Assembly: GCA_022482815.1 (NCBI GenBank)
Contig: JAKVOM010000001.1
Location: 1,630,946 to 1,694,945 of the forward strand
Reading direction: 5' to 3'
DNA length: 64,000 nt
Origin: Acidaminococcus sp.
Lineage (GTDB): Bacteria; Bacillota; Negativicutes; Acidaminococcales; Acidaminococcaceae
Below are positions 10,287-20,064 of this stretch, piece after piece; within the stretch, counting starts at the first letter, position 1; each line of letters begins with the position of its first letter. Under the pieces are notes generated by a model. That model worked only from the letters and a program-made list of their open reading frames with translations. It was not told where the DNA came from and ran no database searches. Made by a program: the position numbers and the translations under genes.

Positions 10287-11680
10287 GCAAAAATGTAGAT
10301 GTAGCAATTATCGGCGGAGGTCCGGCCGCAATTTACGCGGCTTACGAATTCGCTTTGAAATATCCCGATGTAAAAGTCATGATCATTGAAGAAGGACATT
10401 CCATTGAGTTCCGGAACTGCCCGATTATTGCCGGTAAAGTCAAACAATGTGTGAGCTGTGTACCCTGCAGCATTATGCGCGGGTTTGGCGGTGCCGGTGC
10501 CTTCTCTGACGGTAAATACAACTTTACGACAGAGTTTGGCGGCTGGCTGAGCGACTATCTGCCGCGGCAGACGGTCATGGATTTGATCGATTATGTGGAC
10601 CAGATCAACTGCCGTCACGGGGCGCCGGGGGAAGTATTTTCTACAAAGAACTGCCGCATCGGAAAAATTGCCCTGGGGCATGACCTGCACCTCTTGAACG
10701 CCAAGGTTCGTCATCTGGGGACGGACAACAACCGGAAACTGATGGCAAGCATTTACCACTTCCTCCTGGAACACGGCATTGAAATTGCCTGCGATACCCA
10801 GGTGGAATCGATTGAGAAAAACGGCGATGAATATGACCTCACTATCAAGGGACAGGATGAAAAAATCCATTGTACTTATTTGATTGCCGCTCCGGGCCGT
10901 GCCGGTGCCGAATGGTTCTCGGATCAATGCAAGCAGCTGGGGCTGTCTCTTAAGAACAACCAGGTCGATATCGGTGTCCGCGTCGAAGTACCGGCCCAGG
11001 TCTTCGAACACATTACCGACGAAGTGTATGAAGCAAAGCTGGTCTATACGACAAAACAGTATGGGGATCGCGTCCGCACCTTCTGCATGAACCCGAATGG
11101 CTATGTCGTCGCCGAAAATACGGACGGCATCATTACGGTAAACGGCCACAGCTTCAGTGACCCGGCTAAGAACAGCGGCAATACGAACTTTGCTCTGCTT
11201 GTCAGCAACCGCTTTACCGAACCGTTCAAGGAACCGCATAAATACGGCAAACACATTGCGTCCTTGTCCAATATGCTGGGCGGCGGCGTACTCGTACAGC
11301 GCTTCGGGGACCTTATCAAGGGCCGCCGCACGAATGCGCATCGTCTGAGCAAGAGTTTCCTGCGTCCTACGCTGAACGCTGTACCGGGTGACTTGAGCCT
11401 GGTGCTGCCGAAACGTCATCTTGACAACATCATTGAAATGATTTACGCCCTGGATAAGGTGGCTCCGGGAACGGCAAACGACGACACGCTGCTTTACGGT
11501 GTGGAAGTCAAATTTTACAGTTCCCGTCTGGAACTGGACGGCAATCTCGAAACGCAGCTGCCGAACTTCTTTGCCATCGGCGACGGCGCCGGCATTACGC
11601 GCGGTTTGTCCCAGGCCAGTGCGTCCGGGGTCTATGCGGCCCGCGTAATCGGCGAGAGAATCAAGAACGCGCAGAACTGA
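10283..11680 (+). CDS. NAD(P)/FAD-dependent oxidoreductase (uncharacterised FAD-dependent dehydrogenase family)
   Basis: GGGPA Rossmann motif, GGAGAFSDGK, DIGVRVE, RTFCMNP, YGVEVKFYS, GDGAG.TRG. Confidence 0.9.
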   Translation: MSKNVDVAIIGGGPAAIYAAYEFALKYPDVKVMIIEEGHSIEFRNCPIIAGKVKQCVSCVPCSIMRGFGGAGAFSDGKYNFTTEFGGWLSDYLPRQTVMDLIDYVDQINCRHGAPGEVFSTKNCRIGKIALGHDLHLLNAKVRHLGTDNNRKLMASIYHFLLEHGIEIACDTQVESIEKNGDEYDLTIKGQDEKIHCTYLIAAPGRAGAEWFSDQCKQLGLSLKNNQVDIGVRVEVPAQVFEHITDEVYEAKLVYTTKQYGDRVRTFCMNPNGYVVAENTDGIITVNGHSFSDPAKNSGNTNFALLVSNRFTEPFKEPHKYGKHIASLSNMLGGGVLVQRFGDLIKGRRTNAHRLSKSFLRPTLNAVPGDLSLVLPKRHLDNIIEMIYALDKVAPGTANDDTLLYGVEVKFYSSRLELDGNLETQLPNFFAIGDGAGITRGLSQASASGVYAARVIGERIKNAQN

Positions 11681-11693
11681 CGGGGACAAAACA

Positions 11694-11966
11694 ATGGATT
11701 TTGTAAATTCTAATTTATTTATTTACTACTTACTTGCAGTCAACGTCGTGGCTTTCTTTTTGTACGGTATCGATAAGTACAAGGCTGCCCATCATCTGTG
11801 GCGGATTCCGGAAAGCATGCTGCTTCTCACTGTAGTCATCGGCGGCGGTCTTGGCGCCATGACAGGAATGAAATATTTTCGTCATAAGACGCAGCATCTG
11901 AAATTCCGGGTAGGCGTCCCGCTGATTGTGCTGTGTCAGGTAGGATTAATTCTATACTTAAGGTAA
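11694..11966 (+). CDS. DUF1294 family membrane protein
   Basis: YGIDKYKA..WRIPE, GG.LGA..GM..FRHKT motif. Confidence 0.9.
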   Translation: MDFVNSNLFIYYLLAVNVVAFFLYGIDKYKAAHHLWRIPESMLLLTVVIGGGLGAMTGMKYFRHKTQHLKFRVGVPLIVLCQVGLILYLR

Positions 11967-12016
11967 AAAAACAGGCTGTGAAATAATGCGTGTGCATTAT
12001 TTCACAGCCTGTTTTT
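11966..12016. terminator. Bidirectional hairpin terminator (CTGTGAAA...TTTCACAG family)
   Basis: Long perfect inverted repeat flanked by A- and T-runs, between convergent genes. Confidence 0.75.
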
Positions 12017-12147
12017 GGCAGATAGCAGTTGGCAGGCAGCCGATAGCTGCAGTTGGCCAAAGTAATAAAAGTGGACAGTGGTTAGTGGCTGGTGGTTAGT
12101 ACAATCGTGCGGGCAGCCACCTTGTACGGATTCTTGAGATAGATCAT
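12017..12147 (-). repeat. Reverse-oriented copy of the heptamer/AAGAATCC-core element
   Basis: Reverse complement reads CTATCTCAAGAATCCG..GCCCGCACGATTGTACTAACCACCAGCCACTAACCACT, followed by GCTATC-type heptamers. Confidence 0.8.
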
Positions 12148-12241
12148 AGAAAACAGTGAGTCAGCTTGCTGCAGATCTATAAAAAATGGCCAAATAGACG
12201 TCCGAGACAAGTCGAGGGCTCTATTTGGCCAGGTGCTTTTT

Positions 12242-13540
12242 TTATTTTTCCACTACCGAAGTATGCATTAATTCTCCCGTCTTCGTATATCCATTGATCG
12301 TTAATTTATCCGGTGTTGCTTCGAGGACCAGGTAATTGCGGTCTTCCGGCTGCGGGGCTTCGTATTCGTCCAGAGCATGAGTTTTCCAAAGGCCTTTGTA
12401 CTGCACGTCGCCGGCAATGCCGGTCAGAATGTAGTAGGGACCTTCGCTGCTGCGGGCAAAATTCCTTAAGTGGCCGCGGTCGCGATAGGTATGGAGATGG
12501 GCGGAAAGTACAAGGTCAACGTGATACTCGTCAAAAAGCGGCATCCACGTGCGGCCTTCATCGGAAAATCCTTCGGGACGAGGCTGCGGACGTTTGGCAA
12601 AGGAGTACTGCAGCGGATCTTTGTGCATGAGCACAACTTTCCATTTCTTTTGAGAGGCTTCCATATCCTTGCGGAACCAGGCAATCTGATCTTCTGTGAG
12701 ATTCGGCTCCCAATCATTCAGCTCGTTTTGCTGTGTATTCAATACGACAAAATGTACGTCGCCGACATCAAAGGAATAGAACTCATTCTTGTAGTGTTCC
12801 GCGTCGCCGGAAGGCAGTTCAAAAAGATGCAGGAACGCTTCCGGACGACGGACTTTCCAATCCATGTTGTACGTTTCGTGATTGCCCATAATGGGAGCGA
12901 CCGGAATTTCTTCAATCATGGGAGAAACTGCATTAAACCAGGCATCCCATTGGGAATGCTGCTCGCCGTTATCGACGAGATCTCCCATATTTACAAAGAA
13001 GGAAGCTTCCGGATGATCCTTGTAGGCCTTTTTGGCCAGATGATCCCAGCCGGTATAGTCGGCAGACTGGCTGTCCGGGAAAATGAGGGCCGTAAAGGTG
13101 CTGCTGTTCAACGTCCGGAGCGGATACCAGTTACTGCGCTTGTCACCATAACCGACACGGTATTCATAGTCCGTACCCGGTTCCAGACCGGTGAGCTGTG
13201 CCACATGCAGATAACGGGTTACTTTATCATCCGTAAAAGTTGTATTTTCTGCATCTACGGAGCTTCCCTCAGAGGCACCTTTTTTACGAAACTCCACGAG
13301 GGAACCGTTTTCCTCATATTCGGACTGCCACATAATGGTGCGGGACGTGGATGGGTCCTTGGTCATAATCTGGCGGACGTAGGCCACATCTGCTTCATTT
13401 GTAAGGTTATAGTGAGCGCCCAGAGATTTTGCCTTGTGGACGATTTCGTTTCTCTGTGAGGACAGGCCCGGCACAAAGGCGAAGGCGAGAGCACAGACTG
13501 CCACAAGCAGGGCAGCAATTCCCAATAATTTTTTACGCAT
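12242..13540 (-). CDS. Secreted purple-acid-phosphatase-like metallophosphoesterase (FN3 plus calcineurin-like domain)
   Basis: Signal peptide; DSQ, GDLVD, GNHE, H and AHLH metal ligands. Confidence 0.9.
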   Translation of the reverse strand: MRKKLLGIAALLVAVCALAFAFVPGLSSQRNEIVHKAKSLGAHYNLTNEADVAYVRQIMTKDPSTSRTIMWQSEYEENGSLVEFRKKGASEGSSVDAENTTFTDDKVTRYLHVAQLTGLEPGTDYEYRVGYGDKRSNWYPLRTLNSSTFTALIFPDSQSADYTGWDHLAKKAYKDHPEASFFVNMGDLVDNGEQHSQWDAWFNAVSPMIEEIPVAPIMGNHETYNMDWKVRRPEAFLHLFELPSGDAEHYKNEFYSFDVGDVHFVVLNTQQNELNDWEPNLTEDQIAWFRKDMEASQKKWKVVLMHKDPLQYSFAKRPQPRPEGFSDEGRTWMPLFDEYHVDLVLSAHLHTYRDRGHLRNFARSSEGPYYILTGIAGDVQYKGLWKTHALDEYEAPQPEDRNYLVLEATPDKLTINGYTKTGELMHTSVVEK

Positions 13541-13729
13541 CTTTTTCTCCTTGTTTTTCTCTGTTTTGTTAGTGCTATCATAATACAGATGGCCTGTAAT
13601 GTGAAATAGTTAGTTTGGATACCGTATTATGCATTTCAGGCATTGTTCAAAAAGTAATAAAAAGGGACTTTGAAAAGGATTTCATTTTTCAAAGTCCCTT
13701 TTTTGCAGGTCAGTGGACGGCGGTTTTTA

Positions 13730-14233
13730 TTACTTTTTACTCTTCAGCCATTCGTTGTACTCATGGACGAGCGGCGCGCCGGCGATATAGCCGAGTTCCG
13801 GAATATCCGGGCGCTTTTCCTGCAGCACTTTATAAGCGTCTTTGGAAACGATGCCGCCTCCGCAGTGGATCAGAACCGGACGGTTTTTCGGTATTTCTTC
13901 ATAGCGCTGTGCCATTTCCGTGTGAGGAATCCACAGCGCTCCCGTAAAGCCTTCCTTCAGTTTCCATTCCGACGTATTGACTTCGACAATGACGAGGTTT
14001 GGCGTCTTTTTCATATAGGCCAGGGCATCTTCGGGGGAAATACCGCCCAGGAGATGGGTCTTTGTGCTGCTGGAACCAGGTTTTGCCGTCTCCTCCTTGA
14101 CTTCCTGTTTAGGGGAGGCAGCAGGTGTACTTTTTTGAGAAGATAATCCGGCGCAGGCCGTAAAAGGCAGTGTCATCAGACAAAGCACTGCAATGAGCAC
14201 TCTCTTTTTCATGATGGTTTTACATGCTTTCAT
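13730..14233 (-). CDS. Exported rhodanese-like domain protein
   Basis: N-terminal signal/lipoprotein-like peptide, GALWIP, VLIHCGGG active loop. Confidence 0.8.
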   Translation of the reverse strand: MKACKTIMKKRVLIAVLCLMTLPFTACAGLSSQKSTPAASPKQEVKEETAKPGSSSTKTHLLGGISPEDALAYMKKTPNLVIVEVNTSEWKLKEGFTGALWIPHTEMAQRYEEIPKNRPVLIHCGGGIVSKDAYKVLQEKRPDIPELGYIAGAPLVHEYNEWLKSKK

Positions 14234-14335
14234 AAGGAAAGCACCCTGGACAGGCTCCTTTCTTGTTAAGCTTTTTCCTGCATTTATTATAGAAAAAGAA
14301 GCTGTTTTTCATAACGCCGAAACGTAAGAAAATGA

Positions 14336-14536
14336 GTGGTAAATCTTAAGATGCTGCTTTGGCGGCATGACGTCACTGAATCTGTCCGTTTCCTGAAATC
14401 TGTCGTCAGGAATCTGCAGCCCGATGAACTGTCCGTGATTCCTATCGATGTTCCGTTCCGGAAAGTACTGGGCGTCGATACCGATACGCTGCAGCGGATC
14501 CGGATTGAACCCGAGTCCGTGCTTAAGAAGGCATGA
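14336..14536 (+). CDS. Small hypothetical ORF or gene remnant
   Basis: 66-codon frame with host-like codon usage, followed by a hairpin and T-run; no clear RBS. Confidence 0.35.
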   Translation: MVNLKMLLWRHDVTESVRFLKSVVRNLQPDELSVIPIDVPFRKVLGVDTDTLQRIRIEPESVLKKA

Positions 14537-14784
14537 TGAAATACATGATGCTGTGAAGAAATGAGTGGTCTTTTTTTCACAGCTTTTTTCTTTTCGGACA
14601 TAAAAGAGGGGAAATTTAGACTCCTGGTTAGTTTGATGAAAAGAAAATTTGATAACTTGTTTACATATTCTTTACATGTTATTGAGAGATAATATCCATT
14701 AAATGAAGCTTAGCGAAATCTTTGGCGGGTATTTATCCCTTTTGGTAAAATTTATATGAAATATTTTTGTCAGGAGGGAATGTA

Positions 14785-15774
14785 ATGATGAAAAAATGGA
14801 GTCGCGTACTTGTTGCTGCTGTGTTGTCAGTAGGACTGTCCATTGGTTATGGCCAACAGGTCAATGCCATGGTCGGCGGAAAGCCAGTCATTGGGATTTC
14901 CTGGAAGGGACCCAATCAGGCAAAGACTTATGAAGCCTTCAGAAAGATTATCACCATGGCAGGCGGCGTCCCGGTTGAACTGGACCAGATTCGCAGCGAG
15001 GACGTAAAGTATGATGCTTCAGGCGTTGTCGATAAGGCTGATTTGGAGCCTTCCGGTATGCTCAAACAGTCCTATGCCGACAAAATCAAGAAAGCTGATT
15101 TTGCCCGCACCAATGTCGAAACGGTCATGCAGGGCGTCGACGGTGTCTTTGGTACCGGCGGCGCGGATATCAGTCCTTCCTTATACAAGAATCCCGAGAA
15201 AGAAAAGAATCACGGCGAAGCTATCGATGCAGCGCGTGACGTTTCCGATTATACGCTCCAGGCTTATTGCCGGGCACATAATATCCCCATTCTCAACGTC
15301 TGCCGCAGTGAGCAGATGATGGGTGTCGTCTATGGGGCAAGCCTCATCCAGGACATCCCCGATTATTACAAGGCTAATGGAGTCACTTCCTATAAGGAAA
15401 TCCACCGTATGCCTGTGGGAACGCCGAATCGGGACTATGCTCATCACGATGTTCATATCTTCAAGATGCCTTCTCATTTGCGCGAGATTGTCGGCGCTGA
15501 TACGATCAAGAACGTTTCTTCGTGGCATCATCAGAACATCCTGTCTGTGAAGGGAACGGATTTGGGCCAGACGGCAGAATGTGAAGATCAAGGTCTCAGC
15601 CTCATTGAAGGCGTTGAGGATCCGAGCCGTACCTTTGCCGTAGGACTTCAGTTCCATCCGGAAAACGACATCAAGAACGTTGTTCTGCTGAAGAAGGATC
15701 CGAAGGGATTTGCTGATCCCGATACGTGCCTGAAATTCTTCAAGGCGCTCGTAGCAGCTGCTAAGAAATCCTGA
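14785..15774 (+). CDS. Exported gamma-glutamyl-gamma-aminobutyrate hydrolase family protein (peptidase C26, class I glutamine amidotransferase)
   Basis: Signal peptide; GGADISP, PILNVCR nucleophile elbow, SSWHHQ, QFHPE. Confidence 0.85.
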   Translation: MMKKWSRVLVAAVLSVGLSIGYGQQVNAMVGGKPVIGISWKGPNQAKTYEAFRKIITMAGGVPVELDQIRSEDVKYDASGVVDKADLEPSGMLKQSYADKIKKADFARTNVETVMQGVDGVFGTGGADISPSLYKNPEKEKNHGEAIDAARDVSDYTLQAYCRAHNIPILNVCRSEQMMGVVYGASLIQDIPDYYKANGVTSYKEIHRMPVGTPNRDYAHHDVHIFKMPSHLREIVGADTIKNVSSWHHQNILSVKGTDLGQTAECEDQGLSLIEGVEDPSRTFAVGLQFHPENDIKNVVLLKKDPKGFADPDTCLKFFKALVAAAKKS

Positions 15775-15939
15775 TAAAGAAAAATAACAGGGGCCGTGAA
15801 ACAGCAAGAAATTGTTGCTTCACGGATCCTGTTTTTTAGTTCAGCGCAAAATTGCTTTGACAATTTAAATTCCATGGGTGAAATACGAAAAAAAGACTGT
15901 GAAACAATGCACAATCATTGTCTCACAGTCTCTTTGTTA

Positions 15940-17088
15940 TTACTTATTAAGCAGATACGTATTCAGCGCATAGCAGAGCTCCATACCTAACGTGTGCGGG
16001 GAAAGGGGAGTCCAGGCAATGTCGGTGACACTGTGCTCAGAGAGCAGCGTGTGGCCCTTACCTCCGTATTCGGCGCGGTACAGATCGGCGAAGGTCTTCA
16101 GGCGTACATCGTAGCGGGAATAGAGATAAATGTCATTACCGCCGCGGCGGTGCCACTTGTTCCAGACGGTGATGATACCGGTCTTCTGGTCATATTCCAG
16201 AGAGCGGGAATCAAAGGAAACTTCGTAACGGGAGTTGGAGGCCGCCAGTTCCCAGGTAGCTTCCGCATCGGTCGGCACGGTGGGAAGCGATTCGTTCTGC
16301 AGGGAAGTATCTACTTTTTTAGCAGTCGGTTCTGCCTCGGTACCCTTTGCGTTGGCGCGGGCGCGGAATTTTTCGAGAGCAGAAGACTGTTTCGGTTCTT
16401 CCGTCGTTTCTGTCGGCGTTTCCACCTTCTCCGCAGGAGCCGGGGTTACATCCGTCTCAGTCTGTGCTTCTTCAGCAGCTCTTTGACGGGCGCGGGCACG
16501 GAATTTTTCGAGGGCGGAAGACTGCTTCGGTTCTTCCGTTTCAACCGGTGCCGCGATTTCCTGGGCAGCAGGCGCCGTCACTGTTTCCGGCGGAATATGA
16601 TCTTTCCGGATGGGAGGCGGAATTATATCCGTTTCTTCCTGAGGTTCCGTCTGAGTTTCTTCAGCAGTTCTTGCGTTGGCGCGGGCGCGGAACTTTTCAA
16701 GGGCTGACGGTTCAGCCTTAGTTTCCTCGGCTGCCTGTGTTTCTTTGACCAGTTCTTCTTTTACAGCAGGCTTCGTTTCAGCCTCGGGTGCAGCAGACGT
16801 GGTACTATCCACTTTTTCCTGCGTTTCTGTATCTTGCTGAGCCTTGCGATTTTTGGTGATGTAGCGTCTCCACATGGGCTGAGCGGCTGCTTCGGCTTCT
16901 GCTTTTTTGCGTGCTTCTTCGGCTGCCTTCAGGGCTTCCTGACGCTCAAGTTCTTTTTGCGCCTGTTCCTGATGGTATCTGGTTGTATGTGTTCTCCAGG
17001 ACGGGGTTTCAGCAGCTTCCCCGGTAAAAGGAGCGGGGAAAGCAATCATGGAACCGACGACCAGGGATAACAGCAGACGTTTTTTCAT
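15940..17088 (-). CDS. Secreted protein with a repetitive Glu/Ala/Thr-rich stalk and a C-terminal adhesin-E-like domain
   Basis: Signal peptide, three SALEKFRARA repeats, and a globular C-terminal ~110 aa. Confidence 0.75.
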   Translation of the reverse strand: MKKRLLLSLVVGSMIAFPAPFTGEAAETPSWRTHTTRYHQEQAQKELERQEALKAAEEARKKAEAEAAAQPMWRRYITKNRKAQQDTETQEKVDSTTSAAPEAETKPAVKEELVKETQAAEETKAEPSALEKFRARANARTAEETQTEPQEETDIIPPPIRKDHIPPETVTAPAAQEIAAPVETEEPKQSSALEKFRARARQRAAEEAQTETDVTPAPAEKVETPTETTEEPKQSSALEKFRARANAKGTEAEPTAKKVDTSLQNESLPTVPTDAEATWELAASNSRYEVSFDSRSLEYDQKTGIITVWNKWHRRGGNDIYLYSRYDVRLKTFADLYRAEYGGKGHTLLSEHSVTDIAWTPLSPHTLGMELCYALNTYLLNK

Positions 17089-17352
17089 GCTGGAATCATC
17101 CTTTCTTGTGGGGAAATCATGATATGCCTCGAAGGAGGCCGCAGTTTCCTCACTCTGGTTCTCTTATTGTATCATAACTGAATAAAATTGGGCAGATTTT
17201 TCGACAGAAAGGAGGAAAGAAGAGCGACTTATGCTATAATATAGATATAGAATTTTCAGAAATTTGCCAGATGTTTGGATGCCCGAAGATTTAGCAGTTG
17301 TCCTATAATTTGCACAGTAAAAATCATCCAAACCGCAAGGAGGGCGAGACGC

Positions 17353-18960
17353 ATGAAAATAAGATTCCTGGGTGCCGATAAGATTGTGACTGGTTCTTGC
17401 CACATGTTGGAAGTCAACGGCAAGAAAATTCTTCTGGACTGTGGTATGTTCCAGGGGTCCAAGCTGATTCGCGACCTGAACCGCCGGGAATTTGATTTTA
17501 ATCCCGGTGAAATCGATGCCGTAGTGCTGAGCCACGCTCACGTCGATCACAGCGGCCTTTTGCCGAAGCTTGTAAAAGAAGGCTACAAGGGACCGATTTA
17601 CTGCACCCATGTGACCAAGGAATTGTGCGAAATCCTGCTTCCTGACTGTGGCCATATTCAGGAACAAGATGCCGAAATCGCTACCCGTAAAGGACTGCGT
17701 GCCGGCCGTACCGAAGTAAAACCACTGTACACGGTGGATGATGCCTACCTGGCACTCAAACAGTTTGTGACTTACGATTATGATGAGAATGTGGAAATCC
17801 TGCCGGGTGTGACCATCCGGTTCCGCGTGGCCGGTCATATTCTGGGCAGCGCCCTCGTCAATGTGATGATCAATGAAAACGGAAAGGAAACCAAGATCAT
17901 CTTTACCGGCGATATCGGACAGCCGAATGTCCCGATTCTTGATGATCCTTATCAGATTTCCGGCGCTGACTTCATCATTACGGAATCGACTTATGGCAAC
18001 AGGCTCCACGAAATCGGTGACCGCGAAAAAGAGCTTCTCGATATCATGAAGGAAGCGCTGGCCCGCGGCGGCAACGTCATTATTCCTGCTTTCGCCGTCG
18101 GCCGTACCCAGGTCATGCTCTACTATTTCCAGAAACTGATGTCGTCCGGACAGCTTCCGACCGTTCCCATCATGGTCGATAGCCCGATGGCTATCAAAGC
18201 AACGCAGGTCATGCTGGTGAACCCGGACGAATATGATGAAGAAGCAAAGACCATTTTCCAGCGTCAGGGCGGCAAGCTCATCAATATGAAGAATGTGCAC
18301 TATACCGAGACAGCTCAGGAATCCCGTGCCATCAACGAGATGCCCAGCCCGATGATTATCATCTCCGCATCCGGTATGGCCGATGCCGGCCGTGTCCTGC
18401 ACCATCTGAAACATAACCTGTGGCGAAAGGACAGCTCGGTCATCTTCGCCGGCTATCAGGCGGAAGGCAGCTTGGGACGCCGGCTGATTGACGGCGCCCG
18501 CAAAGTAAAGATTATGGGTGAAGACATCGTCGTCGGTGCCAAGATTTATAACATGACCGGTTTCTCTGCGCACGCCGACAGAGATCAGATGCTGAAGCTC
18601 TACAAAGGCATGAAGAAAAAACCGAAAGCGTTCTTCGTTGTCCACGGTGAATATGACGCAACCCGTTCGTTTGCCGATACGCTGCGGACCGAGCTGGGAA
18701 CAGCAGCTTATGTGCCGAATTACGGAGATACCGCTATTATCGAAGGCACGGAATGGCATGTCGAACCGGCAAAAGTGGTCCTCAAGGAACCGGCGCTGCA
18801 GGAACTCAACGAAGCACTCCGTGGTCTGGAAAAATTCTACTTCAACTACAAAGCACGCGTCCTTCGCCGCGTAATGCGCGACGTTACCAAAGTGCCTGAA
18901 ATGAAGGCAAAGATTGAAAAGATCAAGAAGTACGTCGAAGATCTCATGAAGAATGTGTGA
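17353..18960 (+). CDS. MBL-fold beta-CASP ribonuclease-like metallo-hydrolase
   Basis: LDCG, SHAHVDH, AGHILGS, FTGDIG, ESTYG, PAFAVGRTQ, FSAHAD. Confidence 0.92.
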   Translation: MKIRFLGADKIVTGSCHMLEVNGKKILLDCGMFQGSKLIRDLNRREFDFNPGEIDAVVLSHAHVDHSGLLPKLVKEGYKGPIYCTHVTKELCEILLPDCGHIQEQDAEIATRKGLRAGRTEVKPLYTVDDAYLALKQFVTYDYDENVEILPGVTIRFRVAGHILGSALVNVMINENGKETKIIFTGDIGQPNVPILDDPYQISGADFIITESTYGNRLHEIGDREKELLDIMKEALARGGNVIIPAFAVGRTQVMLYYFQKLMSSGQLPTVPIMVDSPMAIKATQVMLVNPDEYDEEAKTIFQRQGGKLINMKNVHYTETAQESRAINEMPSPMIIISASGMADAGRVLHHLKHNLWRKDSSVIFAGYQAEGSLGRRLIDGARKVKIMGEDIVVGAKIYNMTGFSAHADRDQMLKLYKGMKKKPKAFFVVHGEYDATRSFADTLRTELGTAAYVPNYGDTAIIEGTEWHVEPAKVVLKEPALQELNEALRGLEKFYFNYKARVLRRVMRDVTKVPEMKAKIEKIKKYVEDLMKNV

Positions 18961-18964
18961 TAAT

Positions 18965-19090
18965 CGCAGGTCGCTGGCCGCGTGTCGCCGGTCGCGCTGT
19001 AAGCAGCCAAGATGCCGTAGGCACTTGGCGGAAATGAATTCCGCGGGCCGCTGGCCGCCATGGGAAGAGGTAAACCGCGCGGTGGTTTGC
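18965..19090 (+). repeat. (nnGTCGC)n heptamer plus palindrome element (two sub-units)
   Basis: GGTCGCT GGCCGCG TGTCGCC GGTCGCG then CTGTAAG and a hairpin; begins 5 nt after the upstream stop codon. Confidence 0.8.
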
Positions 19091-19249
19091 GGTAAAAAAC
19101 AAATGGAACATCGGACTCCTGTGGGGGTCCGATGTTTTCGTATACAGTGCAAAACTGGAAAACCCAGAATTTTAGACAACCAATATACTAAATTAACTTT
19201 TTCTGGATTTTCAATGCTTAATTTGGTAGTCTTGTCATGAAAGGGGAGC

Positions 19250-19675
19250 ATGGCAATGAAACGCAAGTACTTTACGGAAGAAGAAATAGAACTGCTGAAG
19301 AAAAATCCGTATACCTTCCATGTTAACAGAGGACAGATTTTTTTCACAGTCGAATTCAAAAAAGCTTTCTTGAAATTGTACGACTCCGGGGTACCAGCCG
19401 CCGTGGCCGTCCGTAAGCTCGGGTATGATCCTGATATCCTTGGAAAGGGCCGCATCAACAGCATTAAAAGAAATGTAAACGACCAGTTGACTCATGCCGG
19501 AGAGCTTCACGAAGGACCTCATAAAAAGATTTCCCTTCAGCAGTTGTCCGCTCAATCCTCATCGGCCGAAATTGCCCGCCTGAAGCAGGAAGTAGCTTAT
19601 CTCCGGGAAGAAGTAGAGTTTATGAAAAAAAGCCTTGCCCTTGCCAGAAAAGGTGCCAAAAAAAGAAAGCGATAA
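19250..19675 (+). CDS. HTH protein resembling IS3/IS150-family OrfA (orphan, no OrfB)
   Basis: FTEEEIELL..NPY, FT.EFK, LGYDPDILG..RI, and a C-terminal zipper EIARLKQEVAYLREEVEFMKK. Confidence 0.7.
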   Translation: MAMKRKYFTEEEIELLKKNPYTFHVNRGQIFFTVEFKKAFLKLYDSGVPAAVAVRKLGYDPDILGKGRINSIKRNVNDQLTHAGELHEGPHKKISLQQLSAQSSSAEIARLKQEVAYLREEVEFMKKSLALARKGAKKRKR

Positions 19676-19812
19676 GATCTCTTGAAAAATTTCCCTTGCT
19701 TCAATATAAACCCATTGAAGTTGTGCTGTGGAGGATAACCAACAAGTCAGCAAACAGATTGGTGGTTTGAAGGGTATAATCAAAAATCTGGTTATTAGCT
19801 CCAATCTATATT

Positions 19813-19883
19813 AAGAATCCGCCAAGGCAACTGCCTGCACGGGTGTGCTAACCACTCTTTCCACTAACCACTACCCACTTTTT
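19813..19883 (+). repeat. AAGAATCCGCC-core/CTAACCA heptamer element
   Basis: Same core as at 26651, 32339, 46924, 53963 and 63799. Confidence 0.8.
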
Positions 19884-19953
19884 GCTACAAGCCCTGTTGC
19901 CTGCCTTGTGCCCCAACCATCTGTCCGTACTAACGATTAATTATTGTTCCTAT

Positions 19954-19982
19954 TTGACAGTATACTACGAATAGAATATAAT
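19954..19982 (+). promoter_or_regulatory. Consensus promoter of typA
   Basis: TTGACA-17 bp-TATAAT. Confidence 0.8.
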
Positions 19983-20064
19983 AATGTGGTCGAAATTTCA
20001 GGTTACTTTGAGGATGCTTTTGACAAGCATCCTCTTGATTTATCTCAAGAGGGGATAGGCTTTT

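Noticed and set aside
19200-19810. Complete IS3-family insertion sequence
   Set aside because: No OrfB/DDE frame downstream and no terminal inverted repeats or target duplication found.
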